DNA of 64,000 nt from Escherichia phage a20: sequence record OQ067374.1, one strand, 5' to 3'. The stretch's first letter is position 1. The number at the start of each line of letters is the position of its first letter. Both the position numbers and the translations under genes were made by a program. The notes below the pieces were generated by a model. That model had not been told where the DNA came from. It was given only the letters and a program-made list of their open reading frames with translations, and did not search any database. Shown here piece by piece: positions 38,407-47,237 of the stretch.

Positions 38407-38885
38407 TCAACAATCACAATTTCTAGTTTAGTGGAATATGTATCAAGAATTTCTTCAATGATATCCCAGTTTCCACCACCTATACCTGCTCCAATTCTTG
38501 GCATGTAAATCACAGGCTTTGCTATCTTATTCTTTCCGAATTTATTTAATTCTATTATACAATTCATTAAAGCAGAGTACTCAAAATTAGGTCCGGGCTC
38601 AAACTGTGTATAAAGATTAAAGCAATAAGCTTTATGGGTCTTAAAATATTTTTCATAAACCGAATAGGAACCGAGTTTAGACTCGTCTCCGAATTCGGTT
38701 TGAAGTTTATCGGCTTCTAAAATTTTTGGATAAGCCTTTGCTAATTGGCCTGCTACACCGGCGCCCATTGTATGAAAACAATTACACCCATGAGCAATAT
38801 TATTACCTTTAGAAAACAGGGCGACAATATCGCCCTTGATATAGTTTTTAATCACTTGCTGCAAGTCCTCTATTATAAGAGTCAA
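38388..38885 (-). CDS. macro-domain protein (ADP-ribose binding/processing)
   Basis: 165 aa; NNIAHGCNC...MGAGVAGQLAK and PRIGAGIGGG resemble macro-domain glycine-rich motifs; track start is a non-ATG codon. Confidence 0.55.
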   Translation of the reverse strand: MTLIIEDLQQVIKNYIKGDIVALFSKGNNIAHGCNCFHTMGAGVAGQLAKAYPKILEADKLQTEFGDESKLGSYSVYEKYFKTHKAYCFNLYTQFEPGPNFEYSALMNCIIELNKFGKNKIAKPVIYMPRIGAGIGGGNWDIIEEILDTYSTKLEIVIVDWEPLL

Positions 38886-39195
38886 CTAGACGGTCCACCA
38901 TAGAATTGCATGCTGCCTTATCTTTAGGTTCCGCCACCGAGCATTCTAATATTTGCCATTTTTTATAGTATCTTTTAATTAAGGTAGACGCCTTGAACCT
39001 ACTAGACGCCCCATCTTTTTCTCCGTCTTTATACGCATATAACAATTTTTGTGAAAAATCTACTTTACACTCTTGACTTTTACCACAATAATCAGACGCC
39101 GTTCTGTTTGTATACTCCGTTACATCAGTATATGTAGTATTAGCAAGAGCGTTAAATGAAACCAAGCCAACTATTAAAGCCAACATTTTGGTCAT
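38848..39195 (-). CDS. secreted protein (signal peptide); syntenic with T4 vs
   Basis: 115 aa; N-terminus MTKMLALIVGLVSFNALA; position between regB and tk matches T4 vs, but I cannot confirm sequence similarity. Confidence 0.45.
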   Translation of the reverse strand: MTKMLALIVGLVSFNALANTTYTDVTEYTNRTASDYCGKSQECKVDFSQKLLYAYKDGEKDGASSRFKASTLIKRYYKKWQILECSVAEPKDKAACNSMVDRLVDSYNRGLAASD

Positions 39196-39734
39196 TCTTT
39201 TATTTCCAGTAGTTTATTTGATTTAAGGTAATTAGCCTTTTCTAGGACTTCAGAAGCATATTTACTTCCAGCACTTGTCTTCCATCCCGCATTATATGAG
39301 GATATAGCTTTTCTTATATCCCCGTTATGTATATTTAACCAGTAAGAAAATTCGATATAAGCCCATCTGGTTGAATTAGACCGCTTAGATAGCATTTTCT
39401 TAATTTGGGCATCAGTCATATTATAACCAAGCTGGTTAATTCTTGCCCTCATTGTTGGTAGATAATTTTGGAACATTCCATACGCATGGTGACCTTTCTT
39501 ATCTTTAAGATTAATGCCGGCAGATGATTCTTGCCATAGTATTGCGGCCATTATGTATCCAAGTCCTTTCTTATGCATATTTTCATGCGTTTTAAATTTT
39601 CCGTCCTTAGAAAACTGTTCCCCAAACTGATAAGCATAATTCAAGTTATCGAGTTGGACATTACTAAAAGTATGCTCGGAGCTATGTGCTGATAATGAAA
39701 GAGCAAATAGACCAGCGAGTAGTGCTTTTCTCAT
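39192..39734 (-). CDS. periplasmic lytic-transglycosylase-like protein
   Basis: 180 aa; signal peptide; WQESSAG...YGMFQ resembles the SLT catalytic E-S and GLMQ motifs. Confidence 0.5.
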   Translation of the reverse strand: MRKALLAGLFALSLSAHSSEHTFSNVQLDNLNYAYQFGEQFSKDGKFKTHENMHKKGLGYIMAAILWQESSAGINLKDKKGHHAYGMFQNYLPTMRARINQLGYNMTDAQIKKMLSKRSNSTRWAYIEFSYWLNIHNGDIRKAISSYNAGWKTSAGSKYASEVLEKANYLKSNKLLEIKE

Positions 39735-39742
39735 GTTTACCT

Positions 39743-40201
39743 CTAGATTTTAATCACTGCTTTAGAAGCTTTTCCTGGTAGTCGTTTACTGTTAATAATA
39801 GCCATTCTGCATTGAAGAGTCTTCATTTTGAATGCCGGATTTTCGCGACAAACTGTAAGTCCCAACCAAAGATTTCCATCAGTTATTTCTAAACGGCCTG
39901 GACGGTATTCGACACCTTCGACAAAATCTTCATCAACATCTGGACGTGCCGGCATTGATAAAAATTCTGCAACTTCTTTAACATGATTTTTTACTTTACG
40001 AAATAATTCAAAAACGTAATTCTCATCTATTTCTCTCTGGATGGCACGATCTAAGAGATGTTGAGAATACTTGATATGAAAGCCTGGTAGTCCAAGAGAC
40101 TTTGCAGCATCTTTTATACTGGCATTTATTTTGCGGAACTCCGTTTCAAAGATTCGACGGAGTTTATTACGGCGGATAAAAACGTCTGAATTGATAGTCA
40201 T
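39743..40201 (-). CDS. regB: RegB site-specific endoribonuclease
   Basis: 152 aa; strong match to T4 RegB as I recall it. Confidence 0.9.
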   Translation of the reverse strand: MTINSDVFIRRNKLRRIFETEFRKINASIKDAAKSLGLPGFHIKYSQHLLDRAIQREIDENYVFELFRKVKNHVKEVAEFLSMPARPDVDEDFVEGVEYRPGRLEITDGNLWLGLTVCRENPAFKMKTLQCRMAIINSKRLPGKASKAVIKI

Positions 40202-40207
40202 TTTGAT

Positions 40208-40258
40208 TTCTCCTCTAGTTGACAGGTCTATAGTAACACAACTAGAGGAGAAGTAAAC
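40208..40258 (-). promoter_or_regulatory. promoter cassette with SD-sequestering inverted repeat upstream of regB
   Basis: Minus strand GTTTAC (plus 40253-40258), 17 bp, TACTAT (plus 40230-40235); 14-bp inverted repeat TTCTCCTCTAGTTG (40208-40221) / CAACTAGAGGAGAA (40239-40252) pairs the regB SD with the spacer. Confidence 0.5.
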
Positions 40259-40262
40259 TACT

Positions 40263-40478
40263 TTATTGATAAAATGGAGTTAAAGCCCAAGATTCTTTAG
40301 ATACCATATTGGCGAAATGCCTCATCTCTTCGATTTGGCGACGACGCTGGTCAGCATAGTCTTCTTCGCCTTCTTCCTTACAATCTTCAAGGTCTTCTTC
40401 AAGATACTTTAAGTATTCACTACAAATTTTGTTGACTTTTTCTTGGAAGTCCAATAACCCAGTAATAGTAGAAGCCAT
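40263..40478 (-). CDS. hypothetical acidic protein
   Basis: 71 aa ORF. Confidence 0.45.
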   Translation of the reverse strand: MASTITGLLDFQEKVNKICSEYLKYLEEDLEDCKEEGEEDYADQRRRQIEEMRHFANMVSKESWALTPFYQ

Positions 40479-40723
40479 TAGTATTTTTCCTCAGGCTGAA
40501 ATACTGCGCGGCAAGCCCACATACTAGCTTCCTTTAGACGCTCTTTAGCACAGTTAAGTTGGGACAAAGCCGTCAGAGCTTCAGGAGTATTTGCTGATAA
40601 TGCTTCTTCTGCCAGGGCGTCCAGAATAAGTCCTAAACGAACTTCAGCATCTTTGATAGCATTCACTTTACCGATTTTATCATCGGTATGCGGCTTGTAG
40701 CCTTTGATGTCTTCAATCGACAT
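40478..40723 (-). CDS. hypothetical protein
   Basis: Track ORF 40478..40891 shortened to the internal ATG at 40723 (GAGGAAA upstream); the longer N-terminus overlaps the better-looking 40713..40937 frame. Confidence 0.4.
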   Translation of the reverse strand: MSIEDIKGYKPHTDDKIGKVNAIKDAEVRLGLILDALAEEALSANTPEALTALSQLNCAKERLKEASMWACRAVFQPEEKY

Positions 40724-40937
40724 AAGGAATTTCCTCATCGGTGGCAAGGTCATATTCGACCAATTGGATAGGCTCATTAATACCATATCCACGTACAGTG
40801 ATATCAGTTGTCGGATAGTTTCCAGTAATATCACCCGTTCTAAATGCTTCAATGAATGATTGCTCGCCTGAGCAACTAAACCAGGCGGCAAAACATTTTA
40901 AAACATCTTCAGACCCTTCTATAATCAATTTAGCCAT
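40713..40937 (-). CDS. hypothetical acidic protein
   Basis: 74 aa; start overlaps the stop of the upstream glycyl-radical gene. Confidence 0.45.
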   Translation of the reverse strand: MAKLIIEGSEDVLKCFAAWFSCSGEQSFIEAFRTGDITGNYPTTDITVRGYGINEPIQLVEYDLATDEEIPYVD

Positions 40938-41299
40938 TATAGACTCTCAGTAAAGGTACGAGCGATAACGTCGCGCTGCTGTTCCGGAGTCAGAGAGTTA
41001 AAGCGAACTGCATATCCGGATACACGGATGGTCAGCTGCGGATATTTTTCCGGATGCTTAACTGCATCTTCCAGAGTTTCACGACGCAGAACGTTAACGT
41101 TCAGGTGTTGACCACCTTCAATTTTAACTTTAGGTTGATGTTCAATTTCAATTTCACGAGCATGCAAACCGTAGAAAATTTCCGGGTCTACAATAGCGTC
41201 TTCTTTAAAAGTCTTAGAGACAATAATCCGGGCTTGAGTACTGTCTTCAAAATAAATAGTGCCTTTATGTGCACCTTCAAGAATTTGATATGCTTTCAT
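40937..41299 (-). CDS. autonomous glycyl radical cofactor (GrcA/YfiD-like; T4 Y06I-like)
   Basis: 120 aa; C-terminal [25 protein letters not shown] carries the pyruvate formate-lyase glycyl-radical motif RVSGY. Confidence 0.7.
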   Translation of the reverse strand: MKAYQILEGAHKGTIYFEDSTQARIIVSKTFKEDAIVDPEIFYGLHAREIEIEHQPKVKIEGGQHLNVNVLRRETLEDAVKHPEKYPQLTIRVSGYAVRFNSLTPEQQRDVIARTFTESL

Positions 41300-41305
41300 A
41301 TAACC

Positions 41306-41614
41306 TCAATTAGAAAATAAATTTATCCAAGATTTTTCTTTAATCAAAAATGGGTCGGAATTAAACGCCATTAAACTTTGAGTGATTAATCCCTTAAATG
41401 GCCCATCAATAAATTCCATTTTGAAATGCGGAATACTAGTCATCAACCGTGCATTAGGAGCAGTACAAAGAACCTGCTGCCCTGCGAACGGACCTTTAGT
41501 CAAACGATATCGTTTAGGTTTAAAATGGTAAATCTCATAATTTTCTACAAGAGCCCTTTTATTGCATACTGGGCTGTTATAACAATACTCAAAAACTTCA
41601 ATAGTGGTCATCAT
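41306..41614 (-). CDS. hypothetical protein
   Basis: 102 aa ORF. Confidence 0.45.
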   Translation of the reverse strand: MMTTIEVFEYCYNSPVCNKRALVENYEIYHFKPKRYRLTKGPFAGQQVLCTAPNARLMTSIPHFKMEFIDGPFKGLITQSLMAFNSDPFLIKEKSWINLFSN

Positions 41615-42150
41615 TGCATTCCAATCACAAAAAATTGAGGACGAGCATTACCGCCGATGCAATATTTGCTTTTGCAGCAGTGCTGTACTGTTTTAATGTG
41701 GACATTGTAAATCTTATCCATATCAGGAGCTTTAATAGGCTCGTCAATTATATACAGAATACGAGAAAGCGTTAATCCACGAAATTTAGAACCTTCATTG
41801 CCAATAAAACTACGAACAGAATCAGTAAATAAACGGAATCGAATATCATCGCTAGAATAACGAGAAAATTCTTTTTCAATGTTGCCAGCAGAAATTTTAG
41901 CGTAAGCTGAAGTATTAGAAAGAACAATAACTGTTCCACCATCATACAGCCAATTAACAGCAAAATTAGTTACTGCGGTCGATTTACCTGATTGTCTGCC
42001 GCCGTCTAAACGAAGTGTACAGTACTGCTTGAGTACGTCTTCAAATGGTGGGGCATAACCGTTCTTACAAATTTCTTCTACTCTAGCATCAGAATGGTGT
42101 GTAAAAGCATTCATCAGGGATAGATAAGGACCAGTTAAAAATGTTCTCAT
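41611..42150 (-). CDS. P-loop NTPase
   Basis: 179 aa; Walker A GGRQSGKST and Walker B-like ILYIIDEP. Confidence 0.5.
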   Translation of the reverse strand: MRTFLTGPYLSLMNAFTHHSDARVEEICKNGYAPPFEDVLKQYCTLRLDGGRQSGKSTAVTNFAVNWLYDGGTVIVLSNTSAYAKISAGNIEKEFSRYSSDDIRFRLFTDSVRSFIGNEGSKFRGLTLSRILYIIDEPIKAPDMDKIYNVHIKTVQHCCKSKYCIGGNARPQFFVIGMQ

Positions 42151-42322
42151 TTAGTTTCTCTTTTAGGTTGGGCCATTCCGTGGCACATGTTAGGTCCTTC
42201 GACTCGCTATGTAAACCCATTACCGCATTGCGCTCGACCTTATTACAGGTTGGAAAAGGTACATCACTCAGAGGACTCGACGTTCATGAGGAGAGGTTGC
42301 GTTTCCCTTTATTAGGCAAGAA

Positions 42323-42652
42323 TTATACTCTAGGCTTTTGAGCTTGTTTGGTATTGGATTCCCATGCGGCTTTGGTAATTTTGTTAGCGGCATAACCAAA
42401 GGCATTAGATAGAACACCTTTAGAGTTGAATACATCCAATCCAATAAGTACACCGGCTGTGTTAAATTTAGGAGCAAAGTACGCATTAGTTTTAGAAAGA
42501 GCTTTTTTCAATTCAGGGTCTTGAACCAAGCCATCAAAAACGCCTTTACTATTTACTTTGTATGTTACTTTGGGATTTTTACCTTCTTCGATAGCAGCTT
42601 TCTGTTCCGCAGATAATGTAACTTCAGTGATAAACTCCTGATATGTTTTCAT
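42323..42652 (-). CDS. internal-protein-like head protein with capsid-targeting N-terminus
   Basis: 109 aa; N-terminus MKTYQEFITE matches the T4 internal protein capsid targeting sequence. Confidence 0.6.
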   Translation of the reverse strand: MKTYQEFITEVTLSAEQKAAIEEGKNPKVTYKVNSKGVFDGLVQDPELKKALSKTNAYFAPKFNTAGVLIGLDVFNSKGVLSNAFGYAANKITKAAWESNTKQAQKPRV

Positions 42653-42677
42653 TTTGTTCCTATTGTTTTAATTTATG

Positions 42678-42992
42678 TTATTCTTTAGGGAAGTTTTTAG
42701 AGTATGCATCATAAAGTTTATTACCAATACGACGGAAGACTTTAGCTGCAAAACGGTTTTCAGGGTTTTTAATCATGATTTGCATCATGTAAGTTCCTGC
42801 ATCCGAAAGAGCTTCTTCATAGTACCCATTAATTTCTTTAAGAGTCCTACGTTTACCACCAGGACCGTCAACAGTAATTTTCCATTTACCTGTAGAAGTG
42901 CGGCTCGGTGGCTCAACTTGTTCAATCCAAATATAACCACCTTCAACGCGTTGGTTGGCGGATTCTGCAATAAATTCTTTATACGTTTTCAT
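42678..42992 (-). CDS. internal-protein-like head protein with capsid-targeting N-terminus
   Basis: 104 aa; N-terminus MKTYKEFIAE. Confidence 0.6.
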   Translation of the reverse strand: MKTYKEFIAESANQRVEGGYIWIEQVEPPSRTSTGKWKITVDGPGGKRRTLKEINGYYEEALSDAGTYMMQIMIKNPENRFAAKVFRRIGNKLYDAYSKNFPKE

Positions 42993-43055
42993 TTTTGTTT
43001 CCTTGTTTGTTTTGATAGAGTAATTATACCATATTAATACTTAAGCGTAAACAAT

Positions 43056-43316
43056 TTAAGCTTTACCGCCAGAAATAATTCCGAAGTTGTTAAAATCATA
43101 TCCAATATCGTCAACATCTACTTTAGGACTTGCTACAACATAAGCAATTTCACTACGTTTTGCATAGGTGTTGATTTCTTTACCATCGCCACCTAAGAAA
43201 GAATACCCATTACGTTTTAATGAGCCAAAGTCTTCCGCATCACCAATGAAAGCTTTAACTTTAAATTTAGGACCTTTGGCATCTGCTTCAATGATAAATT
43301 CTTGATACATTTTCAT
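43056..43316 (-). CDS. internal-protein-like head protein with capsid-targeting N-terminus
   Basis: 86 aa; N-terminus MKMYQEFIIE. Confidence 0.55.
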   Translation of the reverse strand: MKMYQEFIIEADAKGPKFKVKAFIGDAEDFGSLKRNGYSFLGGDGKEINTYAKRSEIAYVVASPKVDVDDIGYDFNNFGIISGGKA

Positions 43317-43322
43317 TTTTCC

Positions 43323-43736
43323 TTAGTAAATTGATTTACCATAGTATTTGTACCAAGTCGGACGTTGAGCAATTTTTTCATCTAAGCGTGCTTGACTTAT
43401 CGCAATGGACGCTTCGGACGGGACATAATTATTACGAAATTCGGCAGGGATGTCGGAAATATCCTGGACTGTCGTGTCCTTGATTTTGAAACCACGTTTC
43501 AAACATTCAGCGATTAGCTCGATTTGACGTAAACGTAAAAATTCGAGTTTGTCGTAAAAGAATGTTACGTGACCTGTGCCTAAGATAAATGTTGGAGAGA
43601 TTTTAAAATCCTTTACACGTTTACCGTTTTGAACATGTTTACGGACTGCACCAAATACGCGTGGTAATTCACGATACTCAGCCATAAGATGTTGGTCGGA
43701 CAGTTCAGAAACAAGTGTTAAATTGATACGAGTCAT
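43323..43736 (-). CDS. denV: endonuclease V (pyrimidine dimer DNA glycosylase)
   Basis: Track ORF 43323..43748; start set at MTRINLTL (T4 DenV N-terminus); GGAGGAAATT precedes the ATG. Confidence 0.93.
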   Translation of the reverse strand: MTRINLTLVSELSDQHLMAEYRELPRVFGAVRKHVQNGKRVKDFKISPTFILGTGHVTFFYDKLEFLRLRQIELIAECLKRGFKIKDTTVQDISDIPAEFRNNYVPSEASIAISQARLDEKIAQRPTWYKYYGKSIY

Positions 43737-43738
43737 AA

Positions 43739-43793
43739 TTTCCTCCAAGTAGTTGATGAATGTATAGTATCAAAGTCCTTGGAGGAAGTAAAC
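43739..43793 (-). promoter_or_regulatory. promoter cassette with SD-sequestering inverted repeat upstream of denV
   Basis: Minus strand GTTTAC (plus 43788-43793), 18 bp, TACTAT (plus 43764-43769); 10-bp inverted repeat TTCCTCCAAG / CTTGGAGGAA includes the denV SD. Confidence 0.5.
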
Positions 43794-43794
43794 A

Positions 43795-44076
43795 CTATTT
43801 TTCTGAAGCGCCTGAAATATATTTTTCAAGACGTTGTTTCATTAGCGAGCCGTTCTTAGCGATTTCTTCCGGTTTATCGCACATACGCAACAATGCTTCA
43901 AGCTTAACGATATCGCTGGTGCGCTCAAATTTGCGAGTGTCTATCTTACTAGCAAGTTCAGAAATACGTGCTAATAGACTTTCAGCTTCAACCAAAGCTG
44001 CACCTAGCTTAGTTGCAAATGTGTCAGTAGCTTCATTAAGAATAGATTCTGATAAAAATTCACTATATGTTTTCAT
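43795..44076 (-). CDS. internal-protein-like head protein with capsid-targeting N-terminus
   Basis: Track ORF 43795..44091; start set at [10 protein letters not shown] (44076). Confidence 0.55.
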   Translation of the reverse strand: MKTYSEFLSESILNEATDTFATKLGAALVEAESLLARISELASKIDTRKFERTSDIVKLEALLRMCDKPEEIAKNGSLMKQRLEKYISGASEK

Positions 44077-44561
44077 ATATACGCTTTCCAAGTTCCTGTT
44101 TTAAATGTTGAGATTACGCGTTTCGCGCGATTAGGTGTCTGACGATACCATTTAGATTGGGCGAGATTTACTGCCGCCTCGTCCCAACGTTTCTGTTGAA
44201 GCATACGAAGAGAATTAGTAAAACCAGCGACGCCTGCTACACCCATTTGGAAGACCATATTGACCAATGCACATCGACGAACCGCATCTAAAGAATCATA
44301 TACCGGTTTAAGTTTAGCATTACCCAAGATTCCGCGAACGGCTTTATCAACGTCTTCATTAAATAGCTTTTCAGCCTCATCAAGGGTAATTGTACCGTTG
44401 CATTTACGACCGATCATTCTGTCAAGTTCAGCTTTAGCTACGGCTAAAGACGGATTCTTTGTTACTAAATGGCCTATGCCAATCGTCCAAAAGCCTTCAG
44501 TGTCTTTGTATAAAGTCAGTCTAAGACCTTCGTCATTACGAAGCATTTCAAATATATTCAT
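44073..44561 (-). CDS. e: lysozyme (endolysin)
   Basis: Start set at [15 protein letters not shown] (T4 lysozyme N-terminus); catalytic Glu and Asp context conserved. Confidence 0.95.
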   Translation of the reverse strand: MNIFEMLRNDEGLRLTLYKDTEGFWTIGIGHLVTKNPSLAVAKAELDRMIGRKCNGTITLDEAEKLFNEDVDKAVRGILGNAKLKPVYDSLDAVRRCALVNMVFQMGVAGVAGFTNSLRMLQQKRWDEAAVNLAQSKWYRQTPNRAKRVISTFKTGTWKAYI

Positions 44562-44562
44562 A

Positions 44563-44588
44563 ATACCTCCCACGTTTATAGGAGGTAT
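44563..44588 (-). promoter_or_regulatory. hairpin sequestering the lysozyme SD, with late-promoter-like loop
   Basis: Inverted repeat ATACCTCC (plus 44563-44570) / GGAGGTAT (44581-44588); the minus-strand loop reads TATAAACGTG, close to the T4 late promoter TATAAATA; same architecture as described for T4 gene e. Confidence 0.5.
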
Positions 44589-44595
44589 TTATTAC

Positions 44596-45054
44596 TTATA
44601 GGAGGGTAGTGAGCACCTTATATAATGATTTGCCCATTACATATTCCCATTGAGAAGGTTTAATTAAAGCGAATGCATCAAATTCAGGAATCTGACGTCC
44701 GTCTGGGAATGTATGATAGGAATTACAAACACTATTTCTGAATTGCTCGTGCTCTACAGGGATGGTATATAAGAACAGATGAATATTCTTATTGTCTGAG
44801 TAATGATGTTCACCTAGGTCTTTCAGGAAGGCAGGGTCATATTGTGTAAACCCAGTTTCTTCTTCGCATTCACGAATAGCGGCTTCAATAGGAGATTCGC
44901 CAGGTTCGACACGGCCTTTAGGAATATCCCACCGATGAGCTAAAGAACCTTTAGGACGAGAACCAGTTACACGCCCCATGAATAATTCTTTATCTTCGGT
45001 AAGGAAAATAATACCGGCTGATAGTTCTTTCACTTTATTTTTCTTACTCATCAT
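44596..45054 (-). CDS. nudE: Nudix hydrolase
   Basis: 152 aa; Nudix box GRVEPGESPIEAAIRECEEETG. Confidence 0.85.
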   Translation of the reverse strand: MMSKKNKVKELSAGIIFLTEDKELFMGRVTGSRPKGSLAHRWDIPKGRVEPGESPIEAAIRECEEETGFTQYDPAFLKDLGEHHYSDNKNIHLFLYTIPVEHEQFRNSVCNSYHTFPDGRQIPEFDAFALIKPSQWEYVMGKSLYKVLTTLL

Positions 45055-45295
45055 CTCGGTCCCATGATTTGGCCATTAATTCGGACATAAATTCTTCAAT
45101 GCGCGTTTCTTTAGATGGACTTTCACTATTAGAGACCGCAAGTTTGTAATCTGCAATAGGACAGAACATATCAAGGTCCATATTAAGATCGTCTTTGATT
45201 TTTTCTTCTGACACATCTTTATCGTATGTGTACAGATAACTATCACATGATTCTGATTTAATGTAAATTGCTATACTCATCTCAAATTCCTGCAT
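45044..45295 (-). CDS. hypothetical acidic protein
   Basis: 83 aa ORF. Confidence 0.45.
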   Translation of the reverse strand: MQEFEMSIAIYIKSESCDSYLYTYDKDVSEEKIKDDLNMDLDMFCPIADYKLAVSNSESPSKETRIEEFMSELMAKSWDRDDE

Positions 45296-45756
45296 TCGGT
45301 AATAAAACGTTCAACTTCATTATTCTTGGCCTTTATCTTGTCTTTACGTTCTTGTAAACTACTTTTAACAAGATTAATAATGATGCCTACAGTACCTCCA
45401 CCAATAATACCACCAATAATACTTACAATAGTAGATGCTAATAAGATAGCGATAATATCTAGTACAGCAAAGGCACTTACTTTAGTACTAAAAAACCATA
45501 CCGACGGTACAAATATAATCCATCCTGTTATCCATTGGCACTTATTGAAAAACTTTTCAAGCTCAGCTTGGGTTGTTCGTATTACTTCATCGATAGGTTG
45601 ATATCCATTAATGTATCTGTTCACGATAATACCTGCTGGCTGGTTGATTTTAAATTCTTGGCAAATATGTTTCACTAAGTAGGATGGACATCCTGTCCAA
45701 TCTACTGAATAGTATGAAATACCTTCGTCGCCATCGTCTATATTATTGTTAATCAT
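45277..45756 (-). CDS. membrane protein
   Basis: 159 aa; hydrophobic helices with a GGIIGGG segment. Confidence 0.5.
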   Translation of the reverse strand: MINNNIDDGDEGISYYSVDWTGCPSYLVKHICQEFKINQPAGIIVNRYINGYQPIDEVIRTTQAELEKFFNKCQWITGWIIFVPSVWFFSTKVSAFAVLDIIAILLASTIVSIIGGIIGGGTVGIIINLVKSSLQERKDKIKAKNNEVERFITECRNLR

Positions 45757-46259
45757 TACCAGCCTTCCATAGGGAATTCCAGATAAACTTGGGCATTGAC
45801 ACGAATTTCATTGGTAATCTTTTTAACTCGGTCTGTATTACGAGATACACGTCCGAACCAACGCCATCCGTTACTAATTGCACGAGAACCAGTGTGCCAT
45901 GTTTGCCAATCAAACTGAAGAAGAGTACGATCTGGAGCTTCCCATTCAGTGTTTAAACAACAAACAGACCATGTAGGAGCAACGAAATCGGTGAATCTAA
46001 TATCATGGTCTGCAACTAGTTTAGCAATAGCTCCGATATCATGAATCATAATACCTGGGGCTAATAAAGATTTTCTGCTATGGCTAGCCGTTTTCTCGGT
46101 GGTCTCATAAGAAGACGACCAGTACCATTTACGTCCAGTTGCAACATATCGTAATGAATCAACTAAAGACGTAGGTGGATTTACCTTATCTCGGAACTCT
46201 TCGAACATTGAGTCAATATCATTATTTTGGTTTCGCATGTTAACTCCTTTATTATCCAA
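45756..46259 (-). CDS. hypothetical protein
   Basis: 167 aa, Trp-rich; no motif recognised. Confidence 0.5.
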   Translation of the reverse strand: MDNKGVNMRNQNNDIDSMFEEFRDKVNPPTSLVDSLRYVATGRKWYWSSSYETTEKTASHSRKSLLAPGIMIHDIGAIAKLVADHDIRFTDFVAPTWSVCCLNTEWEAPDRTLLQFDWQTWHTGSRAISNGWRWFGRVSRNTDRVKKITNEIRVNAQVYLEFPMEGW

Positions 46260-46287
46260 AAGGAGGACCGGAGTCCTCCGTATTATT

Positions 46288-46881
46288 TTATTTCAAAGAG
46301 TTAATATATTCTTGTACATCAGCAGAAGTGGTTTCGACGCCGGCTGGAGTGCCATTGAACGTTTCAACACGAGTCAGAGTGTCTTCGATATCAACCTTAG
46401 TCAGTGCAGCTATTTCAATTACATCATCGGCCGTAGAGATACCAAGGGCATTGGCTGCTCGAGTTTCACGAATGTATTCGAGTTTGATTGCCAGGTTCTG
46501 ACGAGCATCGTCAAGTTCAACCACCTTACGAGCAATTTCAATTCGCATAGCGGCATACCCGTCAGCCTTTGTATTAAGTTGTTCGGCAGTTCGACGATAC
46601 AGAAGACCAAGCTTAGCATGCATGGTAACATCTTGTCCTTCAGCCAGGAGCTTACGAATTTCACGTTCCTTAGAAGCGGCTTGCTTGTTCTTTTCATTAA
46701 CAAGTTCGCGAATACGTTTTTCTTCATTAATAGATTTAACAGAAGCCGTTTTTAGTTCTTTGATTTGGGTAATCAACTTATCTGCAGCTGCGTTATACTG
46801 TTCTTCGACAGTCAGATTTTTAGCCATAGCAGTACCCAGTTTAGTGCGGATGAATTCGACAAGTTTCTTCAGTGTGTTCAT
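46288..46881 (-). CDS. coiled-coil protein (possibly PspA/IM30-like)
   Basis: Track ORF 46288..46896 starts at a non-ATG codon; set to ATG at 46881 (MNTLKKLV) with AAGG upstream; long amphipathic helices. Confidence 0.5.
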   Translation of the reverse strand: MNTLKKLVEFIRTKLGTAMAKNLTVEEQYNAAADKLITQIKELKTASVKSINEEKRIRELVNEKNKQAASKEREIRKLLAEGQDVTMHAKLGLLYRRTAEQLNTKADGYAAMRIEIARKVVELDDARQNLAIKLEYIRETRAANALGISTADDVIEIAALTKVDIEDTLTRVETFNGTPAGVETTSADVQEYINSLK

Positions 46882-46922
46882 ATTATTACCTTTCAATTGG
46901 TGGTTTATTATCCAACGAGAGC

Positions 46923-46952
46923 ATTATACTCTGCTCTCAAGAGTTTGTAAAT
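46923..46952 (-). promoter_or_regulatory. promoter-like cassette with -10 in a hairpin loop
   Basis: Minus strand ATTTAC, 18 bp, TATAAT (plus 46923-46928) inside hairpin GAGAGC/GCTCTC; a variant copy at 20906-20935 has stem GAGAGA/TCTCTC (compensatory change). Confidence 0.4.
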
Positions 46953-47179
46953 TATTTTTTAATCAAATTGACATAAAACTTGGCGTCTTCGGGGTGCATG
47001 CCTTCGCAGTATTCTTCAACCATGAACTTCTTAACAGCTTCATAAGGACCACTCAGATTAAGCTCAGTTGTCCAGAACTTGGAATCTTGGACTGAATCGA
47101 TACGAACTTCAGGGTGTCGGTTGCGAATAACTTCTTCGGTGTATTCATAATCAACGACATCAATACTAACTTTAGCCAT
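46952..47179 (-). CDS. hypothetical acidic protein
   Basis: 75 aa; AGAGGAAAACAAA precedes the ATG. Confidence 0.5.
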   Translation of the reverse strand: MAKVSIDVVDYEYTEEVIRNRHPEVRIDSVQDSKFWTTELNLSGPYEAVKKFMVEEYCEGMHPEDAKFYVNLIKK

Positions 47180-47207
47180 TTTGTTTTCCTCTTGATTTGA
47201 TAGGACT

Positions 47208-47237
47208 ACTATAACATAAACTTACTTAGATGTAAAT
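47208..47237 (-). promoter_or_regulatory. early-promoter-like element
   Basis: Minus strand ATTTAC (plus 47232-47237), 18 bp, TATAGT (plus 47208-47213). Confidence 0.4.

Noticed and set aside
40478-40891. Full-length 137-aa version of this ORF
   Set aside because: Its N-terminal half overlaps the 40713..40937 frame and looks non-protein-like; shortened to the internal ATG with a good SD.
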